Assembly (NCBI GenBank): GCA_012295275.1
Contig: CM022665.1
Coordinates: 38,068,001 to 38,132,000 of the forward strand
Reading direction: 5' to 3'
Source: Chrysomallon squamiferum
Lineage: Eukaryota > Animalia > Mollusca
Length of the DNA: 64,000 nt
Shown: positions 52,979 to 64,000 of the stretch, in pieces
Layout: each line of letters opens with the position of its first letter
Position numbering within the stretch: the stretch's first letter is position 1
The notes under the pieces: generated by a model
Seen by the model: the letters and a program-made list of their open reading frames with translations, nothing else
Database searches by the model: none
What the model was told of the DNA's origin: nothing
Position numbers and translations under genes: made by a program

Positions 52979-54429
52979 CAGTGGTTCTCAAAGAGTGTGC
53001 CGGAGACCTACTTAACTGTGCCCCACGAAATTCTAGGATCTAGGTAGATATTTGTGATGATAAAAAAATTGATTATGTTAAGACGGAAAGATATCCAGGA
53101 AGAAATAGCCGGTTGCCTAGAAGAAAATTTTAAACACGTTGTAAACTCATTCGAATCGAGTTCTGGCTGATGAGCAAGTTCAGCTGCTCAAGGCTGCACA
53201 GTAGTTTACCAGTGACAGTATCAGTGATAGGGTATATCGGTGAACATCTCTCACACAAGGAGGGTAACTCTAAATATATCGGTGAACTCCTCTCACACAA
53301 GGGCGGTAACTCTAAATATATCGGTGAACATCTCTCACACAAGGAGGGTAAATCTAAATATATCGGCGAACACCTCTCACACAAGGACGGTAACTCTAAA
53401 TATATCGGTGAACACCTCTCACACAAGGGCACTAAATATATCGGTGAACATCTCTCACACAAGGGGGTTACTCTAAATATATCGGTGAACTCCTCTAAAT
53501 AACTCTAAATATATCGGTGAACATCTCTCACACAAGGAGGGTAAATCTAAATATATCGGCGAACACCTCTCACACAAGGACGGTAACTCTAAATATATCG
53601 GTGAACACCTCTCACACAAGGGCGGTAACTCTAAATATATCGGTGAACATCTCTCACACAAGGAGGGTAACTCTAAATATATCGGTGAACACCTCTCACA
53701 CAAGGGCGGTAACTCTAAATATATCGGTGAACATCTCTCACACAAGGAGGGTAACTCTAAATATATCGGTGAACACCTCTCACACAAGGGCGGTAACTCT
53801 AAATATATCGGTGAACATCTCTCAAAAATATATCGGTGAACATCTCACACACAAGGGCGGTAACTCTAAATATATCGGTGAACATCTTTCACACAAGGAG
53901 GGTAACTCTAAATATATCGGTGAACACCTCTCACACAAGGGCGGTAACTCTAAATATATCGGTGAACATCTCTCACACAAGGAGGGTAACTCTAAATATA
54001 TCGGTGAACACCTCTCACACAAGGGCGGTAACTCTAAATATATCGGTGAACATCTTTCACACAAGGAGGGTAACTCTAAATATATCAGTGAACACCTCTC
54101 ACACAAGGACGGTAACTCTAAATATATCGGTGAACACCTCTCACATAAGTGCGGTAACTCTAAATATATCAGTGAACATCTCTTACAGAAGAAAAACAAA
54201 CGGTAGAGATTCCAGACGAGAACCGATTATACGCGAAATGATGAAGAATCTGACATAGATGTAGACAATGAGGATAGACAACCGATTCAGCCACAATATC
54301 CTTCTTTCAGTTATTTTTGTATTTTTTTACATTTTGCATTATATTTCATAGCATTTTGTGTGTAGTGTGCCCGCAATTTTTTGTAAGGCTTCAAGTGTGC
54401 CCCGACTTCAAAAAGTTTGAGAACCACTG
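52979..54429. mobile_element. non-autonomous hAT-type DNA transposon with internal minisatellite
   Basis: Perfect 14-bp TIRs CAGTGGTTCTCAAA (52979-52992) and TTTGAGAACCACTG (54416-54429); subterminal GTGTGCC/GTGCCCC motifs at both ends; no transposase; TSD not cleanly preserved. Confidence 0.78.
53233..54187. repeat. 42-bp minisatellite, roughly 23 copies
   Basis: Unit TATATCGGTGAACA(T/C)CTCTCACACAAGG(A/G)(G/C)GGTAACTCTAAA; accounts for the repetitive ORFs on both strands. Confidence 0.97.
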
Positions 54430-55263
54430 ACTTAACTTCTCGCCGTATTTCCATAACAAATCAAATACAATACCAAAAAATATATAGGCAATTATATTTA
54501 TTTACATAAATAATATCTATAAATTACTATCAATAATATGTTTTTAAAATTAATAACACATTGAACCTTAACTAGAACATAAAATATATGTAGACAAAAT
54601 ATTTGAATATGCATTAATCGCATAACAAAATATAAATTTAAAATTTTTGTTCACACTTCTATGTAAACCTGACCAGAAACTGAACAAATATGAGACCTAG
54701 ATTTTAGAGAACAAAGTCATTTTCTGAATCTTTATGACAGTCATCATCATCATCATCATTATCCCCACCTTCATAATCATTATCATTAATATAATTATCA
54801 CCATCACCTCCATTATTACGATCATTAATATAATCATCTTTATCAACATAATTATCATTATCATTAGTAGTAGTAGTAGTAATAGCAATATTAGCAATAG
54901 TAGTAGAAATGTAATAGCAGTAGTAGTAATTGTAGCAGAAATAGCAGTAATAGTAATAGTAACATTAGTTCTAACAGTAGTAGTACAAGTAATAGTATAG
55001 CAGTAGTAGTAGTAGTAATAATACTAGTAGTCGTAGATGTTGTAGTAGTTGTTGGAGTAGCAGTAGTAGTAATAATAGTAGTAATAGTTGTTGTTGTTGT
55101 TGGAGTAGCAGTAGTAGTAATAGTAGCAAGAGCAGAAGTAGCAGCAGTAGCAGTATAAAAATACATTTAAAACGTTATTAAGTAAATCAGTGCAAAGCAG
55201 ATAAATCTCCACTCTAAAATAAAATAGTGACTTCTGCCAGTATAAAATATCTTTGATTTATAG

Positions 55264-55335
55264 ATGTTGACGATCCAGAGAAGCTGGTATTCACTCCAAT
55301 GCTGACGTGTATGGAAAGTAACAGAACATTTATTG
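55264..55335 (+). CDS. CXorf65/C22orf15-like, exon 4
   Basis: ttatag|NVDDPEKLVFTPMLTCMESNRTFI|gtaagt; 72 nt; phase 1-1. Confidence 0.8.
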
Positions 55336-55932
55336 GTAAGTATATTAAAATCATTACACTCTTTAATTAATCATAACAGTATTTCACTGGTGTAGAAAAA
55401 CGACAAACGTCATTGTTAGCTAGTAATAAAATTGGACAAGTAGTGATTTCAAAAAAATTCAACGTCGTTATTCTTCCCCTTTGAAATTAGGCGTGACGTC
55501 AAAATATTTGGACTGATTGGTTGTATACACTTCTTGTAGAGTTGTCTGAAAAATATTTAATTGTGGCCGAAATTGCCCATAATAAAGAAATGCGGACGGC
55601 TATTTCTATATTCAGCAGCTATTTGATTTTGTGCTAAAAAGGCACTTACTCGTAAAATAGAGAATTCTGACCAGTTTCTTTAAATCCTATCTAAGCAGTT
55701 AACGCTAATGTGAAAAATTGTCATGTATGATTTTATAGTATGCGTGTGTGAGTGTGTGTATGTCTTATATGTGTTTCTAACGGTATGTGTATATGTATGT
55801 ATTTATATGTACATTCGTGGTATAAATAATTATACCTAAATTATGTAGCGATAATATATATATATTTTTTAAATATCATTTATTCCTTTTGTCGAAGCAC
55901 TTAAAGTTAAAATTTATAAATTTATTTTCTAT

Positions 55933-55969
<37 letters not shown>

Positions 55970-55971
55970 AG

Positions 55972-56174
55972 ATGCTCTGAATGCGACGCCTGAAAAGGAA
56001 AAAGAAAAAGAACCAGAGCATTATCCAAGACTGAGAAAAAAGTCTTCAAGTTTTGAACTAACATTTGAAGAGATGAAAAACGGTAAATCAAAATCTAGAT
56101 CATCGTCAAACACACCGAGACGAGGACTGGGTCGAAGGTCAACCACACGGAATTTGATGAAAATTAAAAACTGA
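55972..56174 (+). CDS. CXorf65/C22orf15-like, last exon (basic, low-complexity tail)
   Basis: Long poly-T then gag acceptor; DALNATPEKEKEK...RRGLGRRSTTRNLMKIKN*; completes a 167-aa ORF. Confidence 0.72.
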
Positions 56175-57349
56175 AATAATTTCTTGTTTTTTCTGGTTTC
56201 GTATTTCGCAGGACGTAAAATTACGAAAGTGATATTTGGTGAAAAAAAAAAAAAAAAATCATTTCTAAGACACACATGCACACAGACACACGCACAAGTA
56301 CATATGTAAATATAAACACAATTACATAAATATGCACACATACATACGTAGAAATGTTTGTTAAGGAATTGTTTTGGATCATTATATTTCATAATAAAGA
56401 AACAGTGCTAGAACTTAATTAATTACTTCATAAGTAATTATATACTTTTGCATTTTCGTCACAATACTGAAGAATTTATTTGTATTTTTTCACTGAAAAT
56501 AAACGAATTAACTATTTTTGTTGCAGTTCTTGTTTTCTTCTTCTTTTAAAATAATAATAAATAAATAAATAAATAAAAATCACGAATCAAAGCGGTATAT
56601 TTACGCCATAAAATAAATAAATTATACTGCTAATAATATATGAAATAAAGTTTACCTAATAGAACTTTCCTTTGAATTATTCCTTTGAACATATTCACGC
56701 AGACGAACTATGCGGCTTTATAATGACTTCTTTGTAGTTTTTTATAGCTGTGAGACACCATAGAGAAGGTCCGCACAAAATACGGAATTTCCTAAAATCG
56801 CTCTCCTAAATACATTTTTGTACATGAGATTTATATATCTGATTTCCACCCCTTCATACACCCGCTAAATTACTTGAACGTACGTTAGGTGAATATATTA
56901 GTATATATTAAACTATATAACATGTAATATATAGCCTAGATGTATATAGCAGGCATAAATATATTTTACACCAATAATTTTGAAATATTTATACTTATGT
57001 TCATACTTTTCGTATTTGACGCCCAGAAACGCCGATTTTCAATCTGGACATTAATATTAATTTTAGGGTGTCCCCATAAACAGTGTAACTGTGTAAAATA
57101 TTATTTGCCAGTTTCATTCATAACTGGTGTTTCTAACAAGTGACTGATCTGTAGCTCACCGATTCTCGCGAAGACGAAAAGCACAAACTATTTGATTTGA
57201 CAAGTCTGACTAGCAAAAGTGGGCTTAGACAATTTTACAAAAACAACAGTAAAAATGTTAAATCTTTGTACAAACCTACAACAACAGTAATAACAACAAA
57301 ATCAATAATAAGTCCATTGTAACTCCATTATATTTGTTCAACCTCACTT

Positions 57350-57534
57350 AAGATTCTGACTACATATGGCGATTTGCCGGCCCGATTATATAACCCGGTT
57401 CGAAGGTCTGGAAGGCAAACCGGAAATTTTGTACAGCGTTGTTGTCGATTGCGTAAACATAATAATTGTTTGTAATTATTTATTTTTGCACATTTATCTG
57501 TGCCTAATAAATGATCCGTTTCTTTCACAAAATT
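57350..57534 (+). promoter_or_regulatory. CpG-rich TKFC promoter/5'UTR
   Basis: CpG-dense; ATGGCG (YY1-like) at ~57366 and CCGGAA (ETS-like) at ~57420, upstream of the ATG. Confidence 0.45.
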
Positions 57535-57745
57535 ATGTCTCATTCTGCACAAACGAAGAAGCTTGTCAATTCGGTTAACAAGTGTGTCGATGAATGTTTA
57601 GCGGGATTTGTTGCAACGAATCCTGGACTGCGTCTTCTGGAAGGTCATAGAGTTGTGCTGCGGACTGACGTAAACGACGTCATCAAATCCGGAAAAGTGA
57701 CGTTGTTATCAGGCGGTGGTTCCGGACACGAACCGGCACATGCAG
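57535..57745 (+). CDS. TKFC: triokinase/FMN cyclase (dihydroxyacetone kinase), exon 1
   Basis: [14 protein letters not shown]...[18 protein letters not shown]|gtaaat; DhaK signature GGGSGHEP. Confidence 0.96.
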
Positions 57746-58128
57746 GTAAATTTAGTCTTTTTATTAATAAATTGTTTTAATAGTTCAGGACAGCAGCTTA
57801 GTTAAATTTAACTACCAGTAGGGGTGTGTGTGTGTGTGTGTGTGTGCGCGTGTGTGTGCGCGCGTGTGTGTGTGCACTCATGCACACACAGGCACATACA
57901 TTAACTGATGTGTCAATCTGTAGCAGAAAGAAAGAGAGATGGAGGCAACTTCTGAACAAATATCTTATTAAGTAAATTCAGGTTTTTTTCTAACAGTCTA
58001 ATTAAGGCATGTTAGAAACTACTTTTCCATTTCAGTAGTTTTATTTTACTTGTTTAACTTTCATCTGACATTGTTATGTTACATTTGATGTTATTATTCA
58101 CCAATTCTGTTTCCCCTGTATCTGACAG

Positions 58129-58239
58129 GCTATGTTGGACAAGGTATGCTGACAGCGGCCGTGGCAGGGTCTGTGTTTGCATCACCTCCACCACAGAGCA
58201 TCCAGTCAGCAATCAGAGCCATTGGTAAAAACAATCCAG
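58129..58239 (+). CDS. TKFC: TKFC exon 2
   Basis: gacag|GYVGQGMLTAAVAGSVFASPPPQSIQSAIRAIGKNNP|gtagca. Confidence 0.95.
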
Positions 58240-58658
58240 GTAGCATTTTATATTAAATATGATTATTTCACATACACTGTGTTTTAATTTAGCAGTAAAT
58301 AGATTTATTAGTTTATTCAGATATTCACCTCTCTGTGATACCTAACAGTGTCTGTAATCTTTTGCTGAAGTGTTAATGAATATCCATTAATTAATTAATT
58401 CAAGAGAACTACACAAGGCAAACTGGACTTATTCTTTTCTTTGTTAGTAATCAGCAAATAGTATCTTTATTGTTCTGTCTTCTACTCTCCCCTTTTGGTC
58501 TGTCTCATTCTTTTCTTTTTCTTTCATTCTCACTCTGTCACTCTTTATGTATTTGTTCATGTATTTCTGTTAATTTATTGCTTTAGTCTCTGTATATGTC
58601 TGTATCTGTCACTATTGTTTTGTGTGTATTTTACTTTTAATTGTTGTTTTTCTTTCAG

Positions 58659-58843
58659 CTGGTGTATTGGTGATTGTTAAGAACTACACAGGTGATAGAT
58701 TAAACTTTGGTCTGGCTGCAGAGAGGGCCAAGGCTGAAGGAATCAAGGTTGATGTGGTTGTTATAGGGGAGGACTGTGCGCTCACTTCCACTGACAAGAC
58801 AGCTGGCAGGAGAGGTCTTTGTGGAACTCTCCTTATTCACAAG
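58659..58843 (+). CDS. TKFC: TKFC exon 3
   Basis: tttcag|[25 protein letters not shown]...[14 protein letters not shown]|gtaata. Confidence 0.96.
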
Positions 58844-59091
58844 GTAATAAAATGTTCAACTCTTCTTATTCATAAGGTAACATATTTTTTTTCTCTCCAG
58901 ATTTGTTAATGTAATTAAATTATAGTGTACTTATTCAAAATATAATACATAAACTTCTTTTTCATAAGGTAATAAAATCACTGGGATCTTGTTCATAAGG
59001 AATAATAAAACCATTAAAACTAACAAATACAAATTAATTTGTTTCAGATGTTAATCATCTCTTGTGTGTTGGAAATAAATCTTTCTTTTTT

Positions 59092-59185
<94 letters not shown>

Positions 59186-59217
59186 TATATCTATTTATTT
59201 AATTTATATAATTACAG

Positions 59218-59296
59218 ATAGCAGGATCTCTTGCAGAACAAGGAGCCAGTTTGGAAGAAATTGTCAAACAAGTAAAAATAGCTTCTACAAAAATGG
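59218..59296 (+). CDS. TKFC: TKFC exon 4
   Basis: ttacag|IAGSLAEQGASLEEIVKQVKIASTKM|gtaaga. Confidence 0.93.
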
Positions 59297-60846
59297 GTAA
59301 GAGTAAAACATAGTTTGTTATTTTACTAGATTCAATTTCCATAATGTTTTATTAAATTTTATTCTTGATGGTATCTGTTGTTTACAAAAAAAAATTAAAA
59401 TCTTAAATAAATTTGGTATGTTTCCAGTTAAATGATTTGTTTCTTTAGCTGTCATGAATTCAGTATTTGCTGATAATAAAGTATGAACATTCAGTAACAA
59501 AGATACTAATGTTATCTGTTTTGTGTTGTCATCACGTTCAGTGATTGACGAAGTTTATACAAGACTGAGGATGCTGACTTTGTGCACTGATGTACTCAGT
59601 CTGTCAGAGTTTTTTTTAACAAATAATGTGATAATCTTCTGTTATTATCTTCAAAAGTTTGTTATTTTATTTTCATACTTTATTATTAGCAAATACTGGT
59701 CAAAAGAATTAATGAAAATAATAATTTGAAAATATTCTAAATGTATATTAGGTATTTATTCATTACTGTCACAATTACACTTAAAATGCAGAAAAAATAA
59801 AAATGTTTAATGGGTACTTAATTTAACTCCAATGGGAGTTTTATATATGTTTTAGTATATAATTTTTGTTTTATGTATTACTGCTATTTTAAGAATTTAA
59901 AAAAAAAAAACATTTTTCTGATAACAACATCTGTTGCCTATCTAAATATAATTTAAATATTATTGTGTTCAGTATTGAATTAAAATTATAATGCTTATAA
60001 AAGCCCATTTAGAAATAGAAATTAATAACATTCTTTATACCTGAGCTCTAAAAAGAATTGTTTTTCTTTCAATCTTGCCTTGATGTCAGATTCATTAAAT
60101 GAATAATAAATTTTAGGGTATTTCATTATTATTATTATTATTACATTTATTTATTTATTTTTACCTTTTGTCTTGGGCTTAGTTTATTTATTGATGTTTT
60201 AATGGTAAAGTTTCAATCAGTCTCAAATCTCTATAAATGTTTGTTTTAATCATAATATTTCAGTCACTCATTTAATGGATATTTTCATTTTAAAGACTAT
60301 ATCCATTGCACACATACAGTTTGTTGTAGACACTGTGTTAAAGATAATGTATCTGTTGCTCAATCTCTATATTATTGTTAATTTAACAGATAATATTTCT
60401 AATGTTCAGTCTGTATATATAGCTGTTTTAAAGATAATGTCCAGTTCCTCAGCCAGTATAGACTTGTTTTAAATATTTTTATTAAATCTTGTTTTTATCA
60501 AATCTGTTTTAAAATCAGTGTCTATCACTCATGTATTTTAATGGTAAGTCAGTGTAAACATATTTTAGTGGTAAGTCTGTGTAGACTTGTTTAAAGATAA
60601 GTACATGTAATTAGTTTTCATTATATAATTATGTAATAGGAATTTATTTTGATTTCTGTTTGTGTACAATTTTTTTTCTATTTTTTTATTTTTTTATTAT
60701 TATTATTATTATTACTATTTTTAAAAATGTATTATTATTATTTTATTTTATTTTATTTTTATTTTATTTTTTTTTATTTTATTTTATTTTATTTTTTAAT
60801 TTCCTTATAATTAACATTAAAATTGTAATTATTTTTGATGATACAG

Positions 60847-60936
60847 GTACTATTGGTTTGAGTTTATCACCATGCAGTGTGCCAGGTATGGGACCATCTT
60901 TTCAGCTTGGAGCAGATGAAATGGAACTAGGCTTAG
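60847..60936 (+). CDS. TKFC: TKFC exon 5
   Basis: atacag|[30 protein letters not shown]|gtaaga. Confidence 0.95.
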
Positions 60937-61178
60937 GTAAGATTATATATTAATTTATTATTGTATTATTTTTATTTATCTCTCTACAGTATCTTATTCA
61001 TCCATCTTTCATCAGGGTTTTGGGATTTTTTTTCATTGATGAAGTTAGTATACAGTTTGCATACAATCTTTTTATAGAAATAATTATTAATTTAATTAAT
61101 TACTGATACCATTATTTTAATTTGTTATCCTAAATTATTTTTGTTTTTTAATTATTATTATTATTATTATTATTACAG

Positions 61179-61213
61179 GTATTCATGGAGAAGCAGGAGT
61201 TAAAAGATTAAAG
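61179..61213 (+). CDS. TKFC: TKFC exon 6 (substrate-binding His motif)
   Basis: ttacag|GIHGEAGVKRLK|gtttgt; GIHGE motif. Confidence 0.93.
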
Positions 61214-61523
61214 GTTTGTTTACAGTTGTTTAAGCTTGAATGAGCTAAATCCTTTAATTATTATTTCTTTTGTTATTATTTTTTTGTTTGTTTATTTATT
61301 TATTTATTTATTTTTAGTAAGTGATTTGAGTTCAGTTCTTGTATATATCACATTTAATTTAAATTTTTTGATTTTTTTTATGTTAGGTTTATTTAATTTA
61401 CAAAACTAATAATAAATTACTTTTAATTTCATTTCTAAGATGTGCCTTAAGAAAATATTTTCTAATTTTAATTTTTAATATTTATTTTATTTTATTAAAT
61501 GTACATGTATATTTTATATTCAG

Positions 61524-61608
61524 TTAGCAAGTGCCAAGGACACTGTACAGATAATGTTGGACCACATGCTCAACACAAACAACAGCACTCATTTGTCTGT
61601 CAAAAAAG
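61524..61608 (+). CDS. TKFC: TKFC exon 7
   Basis: attcag|LASAKDTVQIMLDHMLNTNNSTHLSVKK|gtttgt. Confidence 0.9.
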
Positions 61609-62094
61609 GTTTGTAGATAAAATTTTTGAATTAAAACTATCCTGAACTGTCAAACATTTTAAACCCCATCAGACATATATATATATTTAAATCTGGTAAA
61701 AAAAAATGTAAAAAATTCTTCTTAAATTTACTTGAATTTTTGGTGTATAATATCAATGTAAATATAGCTCATATATCCAAAATATTAGTTTGTATAGTCT
61801 TTATTTTTGTTTATATGTATATGATTCATCTTCACTTTTATAATTATTTTTATGCCATTATTTTTATGTTTTTAAAAATGTTATAACTGTAAATAAAGAT
61901 ATTTATTTTTTATTATTTTTAAAAACAAATTTTATACATATATTTATTTATTTTATTCAGTTATTTAATTTTTTGGTTTTTTTATTTAGTTATTTTTTAA
62001 ATTATTTATTTATTATTTTTTTTTTGATATTTTTTAGACAACTGGTTTATTAACACAGATACTTTTTTATGATAAAAATTATTTTCTGTTTCAG

Positions 62095-62184
62095 GTGATG
62101 GTGTGTGTTGTATTGTGAACAATCTTGGAGGGACATCTGTGTTAGAAATGAACATCATCACAAATGAGGCAGTCACATATCTCG
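62095..62184 (+). CDS. TKFC: TKFC exon 8
   Basis: tttcag|GDGVCCIVNNLGGTSVLEMNIITNEAVTYL|gtaatt; VNNLGG.S.LE motif. Confidence 0.94.
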
Positions 62185-62465
62185 GTAATTCGTAAAATTA
62201 ACTTTTAACTTAAATTATATTTCTCAAAACTATGAATAACAACAAGAAGTCATAATTAAAGTATAGGTGATGATCATCCATTATGAAATATGAAAAGACT
62301 GAGAGACAAATAAGAATGTTTCTGATGGTAAATTTTTAACTGTATTCCTTTAATGTAAAGCATAATAAGAAAGAATGTTTAATACAGGGTTTTATGGCAC
62401 AACAGGCTTGAAAATAAGAATTTTAAAAAAAAATTCTGATTGTGTTTTATAACAATATTTTTCAG

Positions 62466-62582
62466 AAAACAAGGAAGTACTGGTAGACAGGCTTTACTGT
62501 GGAACATTTATGACATCTCTGGAAATGGCTGGAATATCCATCACCTTGCTCATCCTAGATCAGACCCTGAAAAACTGTTTGG
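62466..62582 (+). CDS. TKFC: TKFC exon 9
   Basis: tttcag|ENKEVLVDRLYCGTFMTSLEMAGISITLLILDQTLKNCL|gtatgt. Confidence 0.94.
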
Positions 62583-62973
62583 GTATGTTCTTAATGTTAC
62601 AAGTCTGTATGTATTTTTGTATAATAATTAGCATTATGTTTATACAGTGTGATTTATTTGTATGTGTGTGTGAGAGAGAGAGGATTTGCATTTTAAAGAT
62701 AATAAGATTATTTGTTTCCCTGTATAATGATAATTTAGTGTATTAATCAAGTGAAAATGAGTATCATCTTCTTTGGTGATTTACTTTTTATGTTTGTCAG
62801 GGATTTTAAAGGAATGTCTTTTAAGATAAAATCTCATACATACACATGCACACACATATATATATTTATTTATTTATGCACTTAAATATTAAACAAATGT
62901 TTAAATGGATAGCATATTAGCTTGATTAATGCATGTTATTTACACCATTTAATAACTAAATGTGGCATAAGGG

Positions 62974-63140
62974 GAGTTTTACTCATTGTATCCTTTAGTT
63001 AATTCCCATGATCAGTTTTACTCATTGTATCCTTTCAATTAATTCTCATGGCCAATCTTACTCATTGTATCCTTTAGATTAATTCCCATGGCCAATCTTA
63101 CTCAGTGTATCTTGTGGATTAATTCCCGTTCCAACTCTTG
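62974..63140. repeat. ~40-bp tandem repeat, 4 copies
   Basis: ttactcattgtatcctttagattaattcccatggccaatc. Confidence 0.88.
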
Positions 63141-63211
63141 CTAAACAAAGACATATCAAAGACTTCTTTATGAACAACTCTGGTAAACTTTATTAACAAA
63201 TTATATTACAG

Positions 63212-63355
63212 ATGCTAACACATCTGCCCCAGCCTGGCCACACCCACTTCTGCCCAGTGGGGTGAAGGACAGAAAAACACCCACACCAATGAAGTCTGCT
63301 GATTCAACTGCAGGAACTGTGGTAGAAGATAAATCATGTCATAAAATTAGTAAAG
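63212..63355 (+). CDS. TKFC: TKFC exon 10 (K-L domain linker)
   Basis: ttacag|DANTSAPAWPHPLLPSG...CHKISK|gtgaga; DA.T.APAWP motif. Confidence 0.9.
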
Positions 63356-63769
63356 GTGAGATATTATTTTATTACTGTTGTTGTTGTTATTGTTACAACT
63401 ATTAGTACTGCTGCTGCTGCTACTACTACTACTACTAGCACTTCTACTTCTACTACTACTACAATTACTATAATTGCTATTACTGTTATCATTATCTTTA
63501 GGATTATTATCATTATGATTATTATTGTTTTCATTATTATGATTGTTTTTATTATTATTATTATTATTATTACCACCAAAGATATAGTCACTATATGTAT
63601 GTACACATATATATATGTATGTGTGTTAGTATAAATATATAAATATGTGTGTGTGTGTGTGTGTGTGTGTACACACATGAACACACACACACATACCAAC
63701 ACACATATGAAAACAAATTTAATTAGCTGTAATAAAAATAAAGGTAACATTTTACACTGTGTATTACAG

Positions 63770-63904
63770 AGGAAGCCAGTCACTTGTACGATGTGATATC
63801 ACATGTTACCCATTCTCTGATGTTATCTGAGTCAGAACTCAATGAGTTGGATGTAGAAGCAGGAGATGGGGACTGTGGTAGTACACTGGCCAGAGGTGCT
63901 AAAG
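63770..63904 (+). CDS. TKFC: TKFC exon 11 (DhaL start; gene continues beyond the window)
   Basis: ttacag|EEASHL...ESELNELDVEAGDGDCGSTLARGAK|gtgagt; LD...GDGDCG motif. Confidence 0.94.
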
Positions 63905-64000
63905 GTGAGTTTTGAGTGAGTGAATCAGTGTGTGAGTGAGATTTTAAATCAGTGAGTGAGGATGTATATCAATGAGTGAGCAAGACAGTAAATTAAAGAG

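Noticed and set aside
53130-54258. Repeat ORFs (CERC CxxC-like; YIGEHLSHK) as a zinc-finger or repeat protein, or the array as a CRISPR
   Set aside because: Products of a 42-bp unit inside a TIR element; no spacers, no splice-supported gene structure, eukaryotic intron
45781-63783. Low-complexity ORFs (poly-L, I, S, T, N, HT, YI)
   Set aside because: Translations of microsatellites in introns and UTR

Overview
AT-rich, intron-rich animal genomic DNA, probably a mollusc or gastropod (inferred from the decayed tRNA-SINE type and mosaic CpG depletion). Three + strand genes could be rebuilt by hand with consistent GT-AG sites and phases. (1) The 3' two-thirds of an alpha-neurexin: end of LNS2, LNS3, EGF2, LNS4, LNS5, EGF3, LNS6, stalk/Cys-loop, TM, and PDZ tail KKKDVKEWYV*; 13 core exons at 7993-41469, with a probable ~4.9 kb 3'UTR. 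(2) A complete 5-exon, 167-aa CXorf65/C22orf15-like gene (50644-56174) with a hAT-type non-autonomous element carrying a 42-bp minisatellite in intron 3. (3) The first 11 exons of triokinase/FMN cyclase TKFC (57535 to beyond 63904). The most interesting signal is a set of candidate alternative neurexin exons that the ORF track largely misses. These are a 36-nt microexon at the vertebrate SS4 position sharing the WLLD motif; a 75-nt paralogous exon that could swap the end of LNS4 through an internal acceptor; a 798-nt stalk cassette with a poly-Arg furin-type site; a 31-nt stalk microexon (or gamma-neurexin-like first exon); and microexons at SS2- and SS6-like positions. All alternative exons are predictions from sequence and need RNA evidence.
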